Below, one piece after another: positions 63,339 to 64,000 of a stretch of 64,000 nt of DNA (its first letter is position 1; each line of letters opens with the position of its first letter). The position numbers and the translations under genes are program-made. The stretch is from positions 352,001-416,000 of the forward strand of contig CAWAUV010000004.1 in NCBI GenBank assembly GCA_963785305.1. The letters are read 5' to 3'. Under the pieces are notes generated by a model. It was not told the origin of the DNA, ran no database searches, and was given only the letters and a program-made list of their open reading frames with translations. This DNA comes from an uncultured Planctomycetaceae bacterium (lineage in GTDB: Bacteria > Planctomycetota > Planctomycetia > Pirellulales > PALSA-1355).

Positions 63339-64000
63339 GGCAATTGCAAAAAACACGCACGGGTGAAGCGATCGCCGAGGCCGCGGCAAGCAGGACCCGG
63401 CGGGCATCGCGGTAATCCGGAAATCGATGCAAGCATCGAGCGTAAGTCGAACATCATACCGATCGAGCGACAGACCGGCCAGACGGGCCCGCGATGGGAA
63501 CTCGCTCGGGACGGGCGCCGAATCGATCGATGTTTCTCGACTATGGCGATTCCCCGGATCGCGACCAGCGAAGTTATCGCACGTCGCGCGGCGAATTCGT
63601 CGGCGGAGCGACTCTCGATCGCGTGGCGCCGGGCGCCGCGGCGGCGGATCATGCGCGGTTTGGAGAACCACGGCGAAGCGAGATGCTTTCGCCGCGACGC
63701 GCCGGCTTTGACATCGGCGACGAGAGGCAACGACGACACGCCGCGGGGGAAGCCCGCCTTTGGGGGAAACCGCTTGGCTCGCTCCAGGAGCCGTCGCGTA
63801 TTTGGCGCCGGGCAGGTACAGAAATCGGGTGCGCCGCGACAAAAAAGCTCACCCTCTGCTCCCCAGTTGCTGCAAACGCCCAAACCGAGGGTGTGGCGCC
63901 TCGGAGGTAGACGTCTTGCGAATCGACACACGAAGATAACGATTCGTGCCATTTTGCGAAGATTTGTTCGTTGCGGGATCAGGGCAAAAGGGGTCGAAGG

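Noticed and set aside
63340..64000. ORFs 63335..63952 and 63213..63842, or a T-box/riboswitch ahead of alaS
   Set aside because: The translations are Arg/Pro-rich and shadow-like with no motifs. No T-box consensus is seen, and the GGGCAAA near the end is cut off by the window edge.

Overview
GC-rich bacterial chromosomal segment. Gene content suggests a planctomycete (Pirellulales-like): extended PilM operon, kinase-tubulin fusion, PEP-CTERM proteins, DUF6666-like protein, Tat-exported Gfo/Idh/MocA. It holds about 40 genes, mostly core or stress-related: a cyanophycin locus (cphA, divergent ABC transporter, DUF1854-like gene), three multi-pass GT-C-like membrane proteins, slyX, a large MscS, a putative signalling operon (FHA-EAL phosphodiesterase, P-loop ATPase, Ser/Thr kinase fused to a tubulin/FtsZ-like domain), fliM, proA, a duplicated dsbD module, wcaJ, a pilM operon with an elastin-like repeat, treY, citrate/methylcitrate synthase, a membrane pyrophosphatase, glmS-ribF-nrnA, a Cys/Met PLP enzyme and alaS. 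Roughly 30 single-base frameshifts, including in essential genes, indicate an unpolished long-read assembly rather than pseudogenes. Gene models below are therefore stitched across frames by eye. Intergenic DNA carries several short palindromic repeat families, including three copies of an ~80-bp MITE/REPIN-like element, and two plausible sigma-54 promoters. I saw no rRNA, tRNA, CRISPR array, transposase or prophage gene. Family assignments come from motif recognition only; no database search was run.
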